Of a stretch of DNA of 64,000 nucleotides, positions 43,512-54,599 are shown piece after piece; the stretch's first letter is position 1; each line of letters starts with the position of its first letter. A program made the position numbers and the translations under genes. The notes beneath the pieces are model-generated. The model was not told the DNA's origin. It saw only the letters and a list, made by a program, of their open reading frames with translations, and did no database searches. Source of the stretch: Eledone cirrhosa (lineage: Eukaryota); assembly GCA_964016885.1 (NCBI GenBank), contig OZ024741.1, forward strand, positions 270,196,001-270,260,000. The letters run 5' to 3'.

Positions 43512-43871
43512 AAACAGATCCACTCATGTTGCCATCTCTTGGAAAACTGTTGATTCTGGTGTTTTGTGTATGATTTATTTTTTAGAAAAGTGGATGATGG
43601 AGCGCGTCTATCTGAAATGGAAAAAAGCGTTTTATATGTAGAGCTATATGTGTGCCTGCGTGTGTGTGTGTGTGCGTGTGTGTGTGTGCGCGCGTGTGTG
43701 TGTGTCTGTGTGTTATTATACGTCCGTACGAAGCTAAGAGAATATGTATGAGTATATGTAAGTAAAATAGTGTGTGTGCTTGTAAGTACGAAGCTCTAAG
43801 CAAAAGAATGTTAATATAAGGGAGTTGTGTGTGTGTGTATACAGAGCTGTGAAGTAGAGGTGTGTGTGTAT

Positions 43872-44832
43872 ACTCCATACTCTATTCCCAACTCCTCCGA
43901 CTTCATCGGCTCTGTAGCCAGGACCACGATTTCGAAACCCATTCCCTTCACATAGCCTCCCGCTTCATCCAGCGTGGATATCCCCCCACCCTGATCCAAG
44001 CTGCTCTCACCCGCGCCCGTGAAACCATCCCTACCACAGCCCTCTCACCTAGCCAGCGCCCTCCCAACACCCGTCTTCCTTTCCCTATCACCTACCACCC
44101 CATCACCCTACCACCCTTGCAACATATTCTCCGTTCCTTCCGCACCCTCTCTTCTGACTCCGTCACTTTTTTCTTAACCCACCTATTACCGCATTTAAGC
44201 GCGCCCGTAACTTCCGCGACTTCCGGGAATGCAGTTCTTTCTCGTCCTCTCCTACGACTCCCCCCGGCTCTCATCCTTGTTCTCGTCACCGCTGTAACAC
44301 TTGTCCTTTCATTTCCAGCCTCACCACTCTCACAGGCACCAACGGTTCATTCCGTATCCGCCACCCCTTCACCTGCACTTCCACCCACGTTGTCTATGCC
44401 CTCCGGTGTTCCCTTTCTGGGTCCTTACACATCGGACAAACGTATATATTTCACATATACGTTCGTACTTATTTATCTACCCTTTGCCCCCGTCACGTTT
44501 ATCCCATCCGTTATCACACACGCGCTTGTACATTAACCCCTAGATTCCTATGGCTCAGCTGATACAGACCAACAAAATACACACACACACCTCTACTTTT
44601 CCCTTCGTAGCTCTGTAAACATACACATTTGAGGGACATACGACTCGGTTTGGATACTCCCGTCGTCCGTCATTTCCGTTCTCCTGGTCACTATTCCCTA
44701 CATGTCTCAGTCTTGAGTGCCCTTTTACATCATGGGTCACAGGCCTCGCGCACCAGGACTGAACAGAGTTTGATTTACCGCCTTGGGTCCTGTTTCCCTC
44801 ATGGACGCAACTCCCCTCCCCAATTTCTTTAA
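43872..44832 (+). pseudogene. PLE RT-thumb / Zn-finger / GIY-YIG endonuclease pseudogene
   Basis: SILYSQLLRLHRLCS..RGYP; after a frameshift PCSRHRCNTC and FTCTSTHVVYALRC..HIGQT; C-terminus PVVRHF..RTRTEQSLIYRLG..PHGRN (44629-44832). Confidence 0.9.
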
Positions 44833-45331
44833 TACCCCATCCGTTATCACACACGCGTACATGCGCTTGTACATTCTAGATTCCTATCGCTCTCTTATGG
44901 TCAGAAACATATACTCTTACAGCTGATACAGACCAACAAAATACGCACACTCCACTTTTCCCTTCACAGCTCGGTATACCACACCCTTATATTAACATAC
45001 TTTTGCTCGTAGCTTCGAACTTACAAGCACGCGCGCACTCTTTTACTTACATATACACATACATATCCTTTTATCTTCGCACGGAAGTATAGTAACACAC
45101 ACGCGCGCACGCGCACAAATATAGCTCTTTATACAAAACGCATTTTTTTTCCATTTCAGGCTAGACGCGTTCCATCATCCACTTTTTTTAAAAAGAAAAA
45201 AATCATACACAAAACGCCAGCATCAGTTTTCCAAGAGATGGCAACATGATTGGACCTGTTATTTTTCTCTAAAGGCATTTTTTCGAGTTCCGCGCCGCTC
45301 GTCTCTTCAATCTTTCTAATTTCTCGTTCTT

Positions 45332-45367
45332 TCTTCTGACGAAGGACTAGCGTCCGAAACGTTAAGA
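45332..45367 (+). ncRNA. Minimal PLE-type hammerhead ribozyme
   Basis: TCTT-CTGACGA-aGGACtagcGTCC-GAA-ACGT-T^AAGA with palindromic ACGU stem III. A decayed mirror copy lies at 42289-42324 on the minus strand. Confidence 0.85.
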
Positions 45368-45468
45368 CTCTCTTCCTGCTATTTCAAGCGTTGACCTAAT
45401 ATATTCCTTCCATATACTGAACCGATTGTGTTGTTATTTCTGTTTACCTTTTACACACAGACACGCGC

Positions 45469-45604
<136 letters not shown>

Positions 45605-45782
45605 CTTAGATAACTTTGATAGGTTTGGGCCAGTATTGGCCCAGGCCATGTCTAACTTAATAGCGCCACCTGGCGAATCAGTTATGCTGCTCATCGTGAT
45701 CTGATTTCGATTCCTAGTTGACACTGTCTATCCATTTAGAGAATATGTGCGTGTGTGTGTTTGTTTGTGTCCTTGTTTGTGT

Positions 45783-45818
<36 letters not shown>

Positions 45819-45961
45819 AAGTACAATGTGTATATTTTATTAGAAGCTGGAGCATCATATATAGTCAATATAAACTTTACGTGTCGACTGTGTGAAACGA
45901 TATTCTTTTAAAATGTAACTATAGCTAATGTTTATTTCTTACGATCCTATGTAGCTGAGAT

Positions 45962-46300
45962 AGGTGGCGAATTGGTAGAGTCGTTAGAACGTCGAATAGA
46001 ATGCCTTGCGGTATTTGTTTCAGCTCTTTGCTCTTTGTGTTCAAATCCCGCTGAGGTCAACTTTGCCTCTCATCCATTCGATAAAAAGTACCAGTCAAGT
46101 ATTGGAGTCGATTATTCCTCTGTATCCCTTTCTCACTTCTTTTCTGACATTTTGTATCCTTCTCTGGAAGAAATCTGCTGTATTCAGACCTGCAGAGGAA
46201 ATGGGCTCTGCCAGGTTTAAAAACGCCGTATGTCAATACGGTACCCTCCCCCTTCCCCCACACACACACTCCCTCAGGAGTTACGGGACTATACATGTGC
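45962..46300 (+). mobile_element. tRNA-derived SINE with long 3' tail (tail type B)
   Basis: TGGTAGAGTCGTTAG A-box-like head, GTTCAAATCCC B-box and core ACTTTGCCTyTCATCC..CGATAAAAAGTACCAG. The tail is shared with 47486, 47995(-) and 63895(-). Confidence 0.8.
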
Positions 46301-46339
46301 ATAGCTGAGACGGAGAGATGCTCGGTTCTTGTCACTATA

Positions 46340-47095
46340 ATACCAAAGTCTTAAGCAGTAATAAACAAAATAGAAAGGATATAGAAGTCAGACCTACCCA
46401 GAAAATCAAAATATCATTCTTCAGAACATCTGTTGAGTCAGTGTTGTTGTATGGATCAGATACATGGACCCTGACACAAGCACTTGAGTAAGTATTGTTC
46501 TATGGATCAGGTAGATGGATCCTGACACAAGCACTTGAGTCAGTGTTGTTGTATGGATCAGATACATGGACGCTGACACAAGCACTTGAGTAAGTATTGT
46601 TCTATGGATCAGGTAGATGGATCCTGACACAAGCACTTGAGTCAGTGTTGTTGTATGGATCAGATACATGGACGCTGACACAAGCACTTGAGTAAGTGTT
46701 GTTCTATGGATCAGGTAGATGGATCCTGACACAAGCACTTGAGTCAGTGTTGTTGTATGGATCAGCTACATGAACCCTGACACAAGCACTTGAGTCAATG
46801 TTGTTGTATGGATCAGGTACATGAACCCTGACACAAGCACTTGAGTCAATGTTGTTGTATGGATCAGGTACATGAACCCTGACACAAGCACTTGAGTCAG
46901 TGCTGTTATATGGATCAGATACATGGACCCTGACACAAGCACTTCAGTCAGTGCTGTTGTGTGGACCAGGTACATGGACCCTGACACTAATGTTCATACA
47001 CTAAAACTTGGGGTTGTACAAAACATAAACTGGCGTCAATGTATTATAAATAAAAGTTTATACGGAAACTTACCCAAGATAACAATTACAATTGC
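46340..47095 (+). mobile_element. RTE-clade LINE ORF fragment containing a 51-bp minisatellite
   Basis: KISFFRTSVESVLLYGSDTWTLT, and after the array VVQNINWRQCIINKSLYGNLPKI, both typical of the RTE post-RT region. Confidence 0.8.
46435..46987. repeat. 51-bp (17-codon) minisatellite, ~11 copies
   Basis: Unit GAGTCAGTGTTGTTGTATGGATCAGATACATGGACCCTGACACAAGCACTT. The first six units alternate A/B. Confidence 0.97.
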
Positions 47096-47283
47096 TCAAT
47101 AACTGTTACGATATACAGAACATTGCTGAATACAAAAGGCTTGACTCTATCCTCACTGCATTGTCAAATTTATCTTCAATTCCACAGTTGTTTCCCCTGC
47201 ATATTTCATTCGGAATCAATAATACGTTATTTTGGGGTTTATTGTTTCTACTTTTCGCACAAGGTCAGCAATTATCTCAGCAC

Positions 47284-47423
47284 ATTACTGGTACTTTATT
47301 TTATCGACCCCGTATGGATGAAAGGCAAAGTTAACTTCGGCGGGATTTGAACTCAGGACGTAAAGGGCCGTATCTCTATGCCGCAAAGCATGGCATCCGA
47401 CTTTCTACTGATACTGCCAATCC
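47284..47423 (-). mobile_element. tRNA-derived SINE
   Basis: The reverse complement matches 57572-57710 (GGATTGGCAGTATC..GAGTTCAAATCCCGCCGA..GTCGATAAAATAAAGTACCAG). Confidence 0.85.
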
Positions 47424-47485
47424 ACTTTTGCTTTTGTTTTTGTTGTTTTATGTTGTTTTTTTGTTATTTTGTATGGTTTGGTCAG

Positions 47486-47820
47486 GGCGGGGAATTGGCA
47501 GAGTCGTTAGAATGTCGGATAGAATGCTTTGCGGTATTCGTGCCGGCTCTCTCCTCTCTGAGTTCAAATACCATTGGCATCAACTTTGCCTTTCATCCTT
47601 TCGAAGTCGATAAAAAAAAGTACCAATCTAGTACTGGGGTCGATTCTCCTTTATATCTCTTTCTCGCTTCCATTTTATCACTCTCTATTCTTCTCTGGAA
47701 AAATTCTGCTATACTCAGACCTGGAGAGGAGATGGGGGCTGCCAGTCTTTAAATAGCCTAGAAACGCCGTATGTCACTACGGTGCCCCTACGACTCCCTC
47801 GTGAGTTACAGGACCATATC
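47486..47820 (+). mobile_element. tRNA-derived SINE with tail type B
   Basis: TGGCAGAGTCGTTAG head, GAGTTCAAAT B-box, shared core and tail. Confidence 0.85.
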
Positions 47821-47994
47821 ATAGTTTGGTCATGAATGTGTAATTTAACTTGATTAAGATTCCTAATTCGACCGCCTCACACACGTTAGAGTCCACTTTG
47901 CTATTAAGAGTTTATCTTTTCATTATCCAGTCTGCCTTTCGCTGTTTTTAACGACGGTATTCGAAGAATATAAGTGTGCATGTGTAAATGTATG

Positions 47995-48280
47995 GGCCCA
48001 TAACTTCTGGGGAAGTCTTAGGGGCACCATATTGACCATATTTATATTCAAGGGCATTTTTTAAAACCTGGAGGAGCCCATCTCCTCTCCAGCAGATTTC
48101 TTTAGTTAGTGAATGGGAGAATGGAAGTGAGAAAGAGATATAGAGGAAGAATGCACCCCAGTACTAGACTGGTACTTTTTTATCGACCTCGAATGGATGA
48201 AAGGCAAAGTTGACCTCGGAACTCAAAAGACCAAAAGCCGAAACGAATACCGCAAAGAATTCTAACGACCCTGCCAATCG
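47995..48280 (-). mobile_element. tRNA-derived SINE with tail type B
   Basis: Reverse complement of the same head, core and tail. Confidence 0.75.
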
Positions 48281-48287
48281 CAGATTT

Positions 48288-48815
48288 GTAGCATCCTTCA
48301 AATCGGCATTATAGTAGCCGTCCACCTCCCACACAAGGCTGCTCTCAACAAGATAAAGCATAGCTTGGGTACCGCAGGCTTCACTTTTCAGCTCGAGACG
48401 GCGGAGCTGGATGAAGGGGATGGCAGAGGGCCAAACGGCTTCACAATCTTCTCGTTCCACGGTGGTAATCCCCCATCTAGGACACCTTCTCCAGCGGCAA
48501 CCTGGAGCGTTCGGCTACCATCCCAGGTTTCGCTGCTCATCAGGCCAAAGGTGAATAAAATTGTCGAACTGTCGGTTGCTTTCTGATAGGTTTGCGATCG
48601 AATCTGAGGCTGTGGAAACTTCTGACGTTCTTGGCCCCCTGACTTTATCCCTGCTCATTGCTATCGGAGTGAAGTTGGCCATCCGCAGGGGCAACGTTTT
48701 CTTCATTCTATCCGTAGGGATCACGAGGCAGCCGTCACATGTGCTCCCACACGCGAGAACTTTCCCCGACTCCGTCCGGGCCCACCTCACCGGGTAGCGA
48801 TGTTATGGTGTTCTG
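48288..48815. other. GC-rich non-coding island, possibly a non-LTR retrotransposon 5' UTR, containing a minus-strand hammerhead-like motif
   Basis: Sharp GC rise with retained CpGs and no recognisable protein. Motif at 48496-48546. Confidence 0.4.
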
Positions 48816-48861
48816 CAGAAAAAAAACAAAGTTAGCAACAATATTTTGAGGCAGAGCAGCA

Positions 48862-48865
48862 ATGA

Positions 48866-48918
<53 letters not shown>

Positions 48919-49022
48919 ATAGTAAAAGCTGACGTTGATCATAACGGTGATGATGATAATGATGCTGATGATAGCGGAGATGGTGGTGATGATGATGATG
49001 ATTATGGTGATGATGGTGTTGT

Positions 49023-49062
<40 letters not shown>
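48862..49062. repeat. Compound (TAG)n/(GAT)n microsatellite
   Basis: Directly visible. Confidence 0.95.
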
Positions 49063-49064
<2 letters not shown>

Positions 49065-49123
49065 GTCCCATCTCATCTACGACACAGAAGACTTATGATC
49101 AAAGACTCACAAGTCATTATTTT

Positions 49124-49305
49124 GTTGGCAGTATCGGTAGAGGGTCGGACGCCATGCTTTCCAGCATAGTTACGTCCCTTTACGATCTGAGTTCAAATCC
49201 CGCCGAGGTTGACTTTGCCTTTCATCCTTACGAGGTCGATAAAATAAAGTACCAGTAATGCACTGGGTAATTGCTGGCCTTGTGCCAAATGTAGAAACAA
49301 TTATT
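49124..49305 (+). mobile_element. tRNA-derived SINE (short tail type A)
   Basis: Near-identical to 57572-57760. Confidence 0.85.
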
Positions 49306-49479
49306 TTTATGACGGTAATATGTGATTTGTGGAATTTAGCTGCTATTTCTAGCAGGTCGAAACTACGTAGATATTCCCTGGTTATCTCCCTTAACTGTTT
49401 AGTTTATGTCCTTCGTTGAAGTGGTTTGGTCTTTCTGTTAGAAAACGCTCGGTCTCGGAAACAGCAACAGATACTGTGA

Positions 49480-49982
49480 AGGGTGTGTGCGTGCGTGTAT
49501 GCGTTTGTAAGAGTGTGTGTAAGTGTTTGTGTGTATGAAAGTTTGTGTGCGTAAGTGTGTATGTGTAAGTGTGCGCGTTTGTGTGTGCGTGTAAGCGTGT
49601 CTATATAAGTTTCTGTGTGTGTGTGTGTAAGTGCGTGTGTATCTGTATGTAAGTGTGTGTGTATGTAAGTGCGTATGCATGAGTATGTGTATGTAAGTGC
49701 TTGTGTATGTGTGTGTATGTAAGTGCGTGTGTATGTGTATGTACCTGCGTGTGTGTATGAATATGTTTGTAAGTGTATGTGTGTGTGTATGTAAGTATGT
49801 GAGTAAGTGTATGTGTAAGTGTGTGTGTAAGTGTGTATGTAAGTGTATGTGTGTGTGTAAGTGTGTGTAAGTGTGTGTGTGTATGTAAGTGTGTGTGTGT
49901 ATGTAAGTGTGTGTGTAAGTGTGTGTGTGTGTGTGTGTGTAAGTGTGTGTGTATGTGTAAGAGTGTATGTAAGTGTGTTTGT

Positions 49983-50048
<66 letters not shown>

Positions 50049-50128
50049 GTGTGTGTGTTTGTAAGTGTGTGTGTAAGTGTGTGTGTAAGTGTGTGTGTGT
50101 GTATGTAAGTGTGTGTGTAAGTGTGTGA
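49480..50128. repeat. Complex (GT)n/GTAAGT microsatellite
   Basis: Directly visible. Confidence 0.9.
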
Positions 50129-50146
50129 GCATTGAGTAGATTTATG

Positions 50147-50315
50147 GTGCGGAATTGATGGAGTATCGGACAATCACCATTGCGGTGTTCTGGCCCTTTA
50201 CATTCCGAGTTCAAATCCCACCGAGGTCAATTTCGTTATAAATAAAGGGAAGGGAAAAGTTCATTAAATCAACCCTCGGTACCAGTTATGTACTGAGGCC
50301 TGATTTAATCAACTT
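50147..50315 (+). mobile_element. Degenerate SINE
   Basis: GAGTTCAAATCCCACCGAGGTCAA and GTACCAGTTATGTACTG are retained. Confidence 0.6.
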
Positions 50316-50418
50316 TTCCCTTCTCTTTGCCCCCATAACGTTGCTCACCTCCTACATTCTCTACACCCCGAAGCTTCTGGTCTCGTCCCTTTGTCTCTCT
50401 CCCCCCCCCCCCCCCTCG

Positions 50419-50662
50419 AGTTACTGGCTTCTTGTCCTTCTCTTCCCCCTCCCCCTCCCCCAAGTTACTGGCCTCTTACCTTACTGGCCTCTTACCTTTC
50501 CCCTTCCCCTCCCCCAAGTTACTGGCCTCTTACCTTCCCCTCCCCCTCACCCAAGTTACTGACCTCTTACCTTACTGGCCTCTTACCTTTCCCCTTCCCC
50601 TCCCCCAAGTTACTGGCCTCTTACCTTCTCCTCCCCCTCACCCAAGTTACTGGCTTCTCACC
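50419..50662. repeat. Pyrimidine-rich minisatellite with 91-bp period built on AAGTTACTGGCCTCTTACC
   Basis: AAGTTACT recurs at 50462, 50553 and 50644, with internal sub-repeats. Confidence 0.9.
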
Positions 50663-50821
50663 AATATTAGAAAGGTGCTTAAATATTGTAAATCATGACA
50701 GTTGGAGACGGTTCGGGACGATTGCTTCTGACAGGACCCTCTGTAAGGAATGTTTGAGGACGCTACCACCACGACCCTTTCAGGAATATGTGAAAGAAGA
50801 AGAAGAAGAAGAAGAAGAAGA
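50663..50821 (+). mobile_element. Probable RTE-like LINE 3' end with (GAA)n tail
   Basis: W....IASDRTL.KEC resembles the RTE C-terminal A.DR..W motif and is followed by a (GAA)n run. Confidence 0.45.
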
Positions 50822-51484
50822 TTTCAATCGGACGCCTTACAATTAGTTTTTTTGCCACTCAAGCATTATAATGTAAGGTAAATAACTCGTTTATTTAAGA
50901 TTATTACCTCCCTTGAAATCTTAGGGAGAAAATATGTATTTTTACAGAATGAAACAAGTATCAACATTGGCTAATTAATAACGACTTGAATGTTCAGGAA
51001 GTATTTAAGCTACAAATTGCCACGATATCTTGAACTTTAGGTATCAGTAAAATTTCAAAATTTAAGAAAATGAATGATTGAAGGAGGGACAGTGGAAATA
51101 TGTTTTACAATTGCTACCGAGCAGGAGGCCGGGGGAAACAGACACACACACACACAAACACACTCACACACTTATATATATATGTGTGTGTGTATGTGTG
51201 TGTGTGTGTGCGCGCGCGCGCGCGTGTATGTGTGTGTACGTATGTTTGCATATATATGTCGGGTCACTCTTGAGTGCTACTGGTAACATGTAACCCAGTA
51301 CAACTCGTCGCATGGTCGGGTCTTCAGCGACTAAACCGGCAACCCTGCCAAATTTACTTGGTGAGGAATGTGATTCTGGACACCCTGCAGGGCAAAAGAC
51401 AAAACCTGACAAAGGGCGGAAGAACTCATAAGAGTCAACGGCCACCCAAAAATGTGTAAATATGTATATACATGTACGCATGTG

Positions 51485-51544
<60 letters not shown>

Positions 51545-51551
<7 letters not shown>

Positions 51552-51883
51552 GTTTGGAGTTAGAAGCCCAGAACAATGCAGGTATGGATATAGAATATAA
51601 ATACAAATGCAAAAGATATTGTTGACAATTAGTCTTTTACCTTAAATTTATTTAAATATCCTTAATTTTCGAGATAATATCTCTTCTTCGGAGGAAAGTA
51701 AAGGGGTTAATCCAGTATTCTAATTAGCTTGCCAAGTCATACTGACAGGAAATGGTATAGAGATTCCATTCTATCTCTAATGTCAAAGAGTGAAGGTTAG
51801 GTGGATAAAGAGTTGTCTCCCTTTAAAAAGGGTTTTCTACATGTATGTTTAAGTGTGTGGGAGAATACTTGAAGGCGTAAGTA

Positions 51884-51920
<37 letters not shown>

Positions 51921-52575
51921 ATATGTCCCTATGTAAATGTGGGGATAGAAGCTAAGGAAAGAAACCTCGGCAATCTTAGAATTAAGGAAGCACTGATTAT
52001 AGACAAAACACAACCACCAATCAATAATAGACTAGAACTCAACACCCAATTTATAACATGATAGAGCACCTAGCCCCACACTTACACCCCCCTCTGATCC
52101 ACACACACGCACACGCACGCTTACACCTCCACTTATTCTCTCTCACACACACACATACACACACAAAGACCAGTTTTAACATGATAGAGCATCTAGCCCC
52201 CACATTTACATATAAACATATCCTCTCACACTCACACACACACACATGCATACTTTCGCCTGCACGTATTCTCCCACACACTTAGACATACATGTACAAA
52301 ACCCCTTTTAAAGGGAAACAACCCTTTGTCCACCTAACCTTCACTCTTTGACATTAGAGATAGAATGGAATCTCTATACCATTTCCTGTCAGTATGACTT
52401 GGCAAGCTAATTAGAATACTGGATTAACCCTTTTACTTCCCTCCAAAGAAGAGATATTATCTCGAAAATTAAGGATATTTAAATAAATTTAAGGTAAAAG
52501 ACTAATTGTCAACAATATCTTTTGCATTTGCATTTATATCCACACCTGCATTGTCTTGGCCTTCCAACTCCAAAC

Positions 52576-52582
<7 letters not shown>
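51545..52582 (+). mobile_element. Penelope/Poseidon-type PLE 3' end with inverted pLTR, in (TA)n
   Basis: Arms 51545-51948 / 52194-52582. Spacer 51951-52061 encodes AKERNLGNLRIKEALIIDKTQPPINNRLE, a GIY-YIG C-terminus. HHR-like CCT-C(c)(g/a)AAGA-aGAGATattATCTC-GAA-AATT-A^AGG at 52440-52474 and 51659-51694(-). Confidence 0.9.
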
Positions 52583-52636
<54 letters not shown>

Positions 52637-52639
52637 AAT

Positions 52640-53200
52640 ATAAATTAGCGAGAATCGTTTTCAGCTCAGGAATTAACGAAAATCAACGTCCGATATGTGT
52701 GGCAAGCGCTCGATGAATCATATGAATCAGAGCTACAACATACGTTAAGGGCCAAACACACTGAGATGATGGTTAAACATATCATCCGCACAGCCAAAAT
52801 CAAAACGACCAAGTAATTCGGGTCAAACAATAAAAATATATGTGTTGATACTTTCCCGGACCCTGGACTGATGGTAAAATCCAGTATTGGTTTCTGCGAC
52901 TCCAAATCAGGTACTGTCCGCCTACATAAAGAATGTTGGGCTTCTGGTGAGATGATGAACAAGGCAGTCGTGTTTTCAACGGGTTTTGCTCGAATATGCT
53001 ATAGATAGTGTAGCTATTACTGACCCCTCGTGGGATTCAGCAAGGGAGGTAACACCTCTATTAAGCGAATGATTCAGTTGTGTATTATTGCGAGAATGCA
53101 AAATATCACAAATCGAATTAAAGCTCTCGACAGAATGGTTAAATATAACAGAGCCATTCAACAGTCAATATAAGTAACTGAAAAAAATCAATAAAATTAA
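52640..53200 (-). repeat. Unclassified interspersed repeat, copy 2
   Basis: Diverged homolog of 36510-37030, also bounded by (TA)n. Confidence 0.65.
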
Positions 53201-53225
53201 CTGCTCAATAGCTAGACTTTGGAGA

Positions 53226-53275
<50 letters not shown>

Positions 53276-53302
53276 AATATATATATATATATATATATAT
53301 AT

Positions 53303-53415
<113 letters not shown>

Positions 53416-53625
53416 TTACATTCAAATTTATAGATGTTATTTTTAAGATAATCTTGAACATGTGACTTGTCTCCCAAAACAAGCTCAAAGAAAAAATTCA
53501 AAGAATAAATCCGAGCCAGTGAATGACATATATACATACATATCTTGTTAAAGTCTGATATGTCCTATTGTACATTTATATCATTATATATTTATGTATA
53601 TATATATGTCACTCACTATTTCTAA

Positions 53626-53688
<63 letters not shown>

Positions 53689-53747
53689 TTAGTTAAGCAA
53701 AACAAGAACACAAATTTCACAAGGAAGACAATAATAATAATAATAAT

Positions 53748-54547
53748 AATAACAACAAGGAGAAAGAGCAACCTTCATGAAAAATCCCTTCAATTACCTT
53801 CTTTGAGAAAACTGAATTCAGAGATCCACAGACATGGAACTGGTTGAAAAGAGGAGACCTTAAAAAGGCTACAGAAGGAATGATAATGGCTGCGCAAGAG
53901 CAGGCCCTCAAAACGAATTGGTTGAAACACCATATTTACAAGGAGGAGGCTAGCCCACTGCAGGATCTGTGGAGAGAGAGAGGAGACTGTGGCTCACATT
54001 GTATCCGAGTGTAAACACCTAGCCCAGACCTACTATAAGGGCTGGAGACATGATGTGATGGGCAGGGTGATCCACTGGCACCTGTGCAAAGTAAACAATT
54101 TACCACATTCTGAGAAGTGGTATGAGCATAAGCCAGAGTCGGTGATAGAAAACGATCAGGTGAAGATGCTGTGGGATTTTAGGATACAGACGGACAAGAA
54201 ACTGGAACACAATAGATCTGACCTGGTGGTTTTGGACAAGGAAAAAAGAGGGAGAAAATTAACCGATACCAGGACTTAAAGTGGGAGGTAAAAAGGATTT
54301 GGAACTGCCATGAAGTCAAAGTGGTCCCTATTGTCATAGGCGCACTAGGTACTATCTCAAAAAGTTTCCAGGGATGGTTAAAGAAAATTGGCCCTGCCAC
54401 GCTTTTTGGAACGCTTCAAAAGGCATGCTTGCTGGGAACAGCAAGAATCCTCCGATACGCCCTGAATATCTGAGGCTGCAGGTAGTGGCTTGATATTCAT
54501 TTCAACAAACTTTCCAGTTAACTAACATCAATGACTGAGACTCAAAA
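53748..54547 (+). mobile_element. R4/Dong-clade non-LTR retrotransposon, 5'-truncated copy A
   Basis: Close match to 55178-56037. A 58-bp deletion at a GAG microhomology removes the IVDVACP motif. Flanked by (TAA)n. Confidence 0.92.
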
Positions 54548-54553
54548 AACAAC

Positions 54554-54592
<39 letters not shown>

Positions 54593-54599
54593 TATAATA

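Noticed and set aside
48791-48835. Host micro-exon on the minus strand (CTAAC..T-tract..CAG then GTGAG)
   Set aside because: Splice-like signals are present, but there is no recognisable peptide, partner exon or expression evidence.
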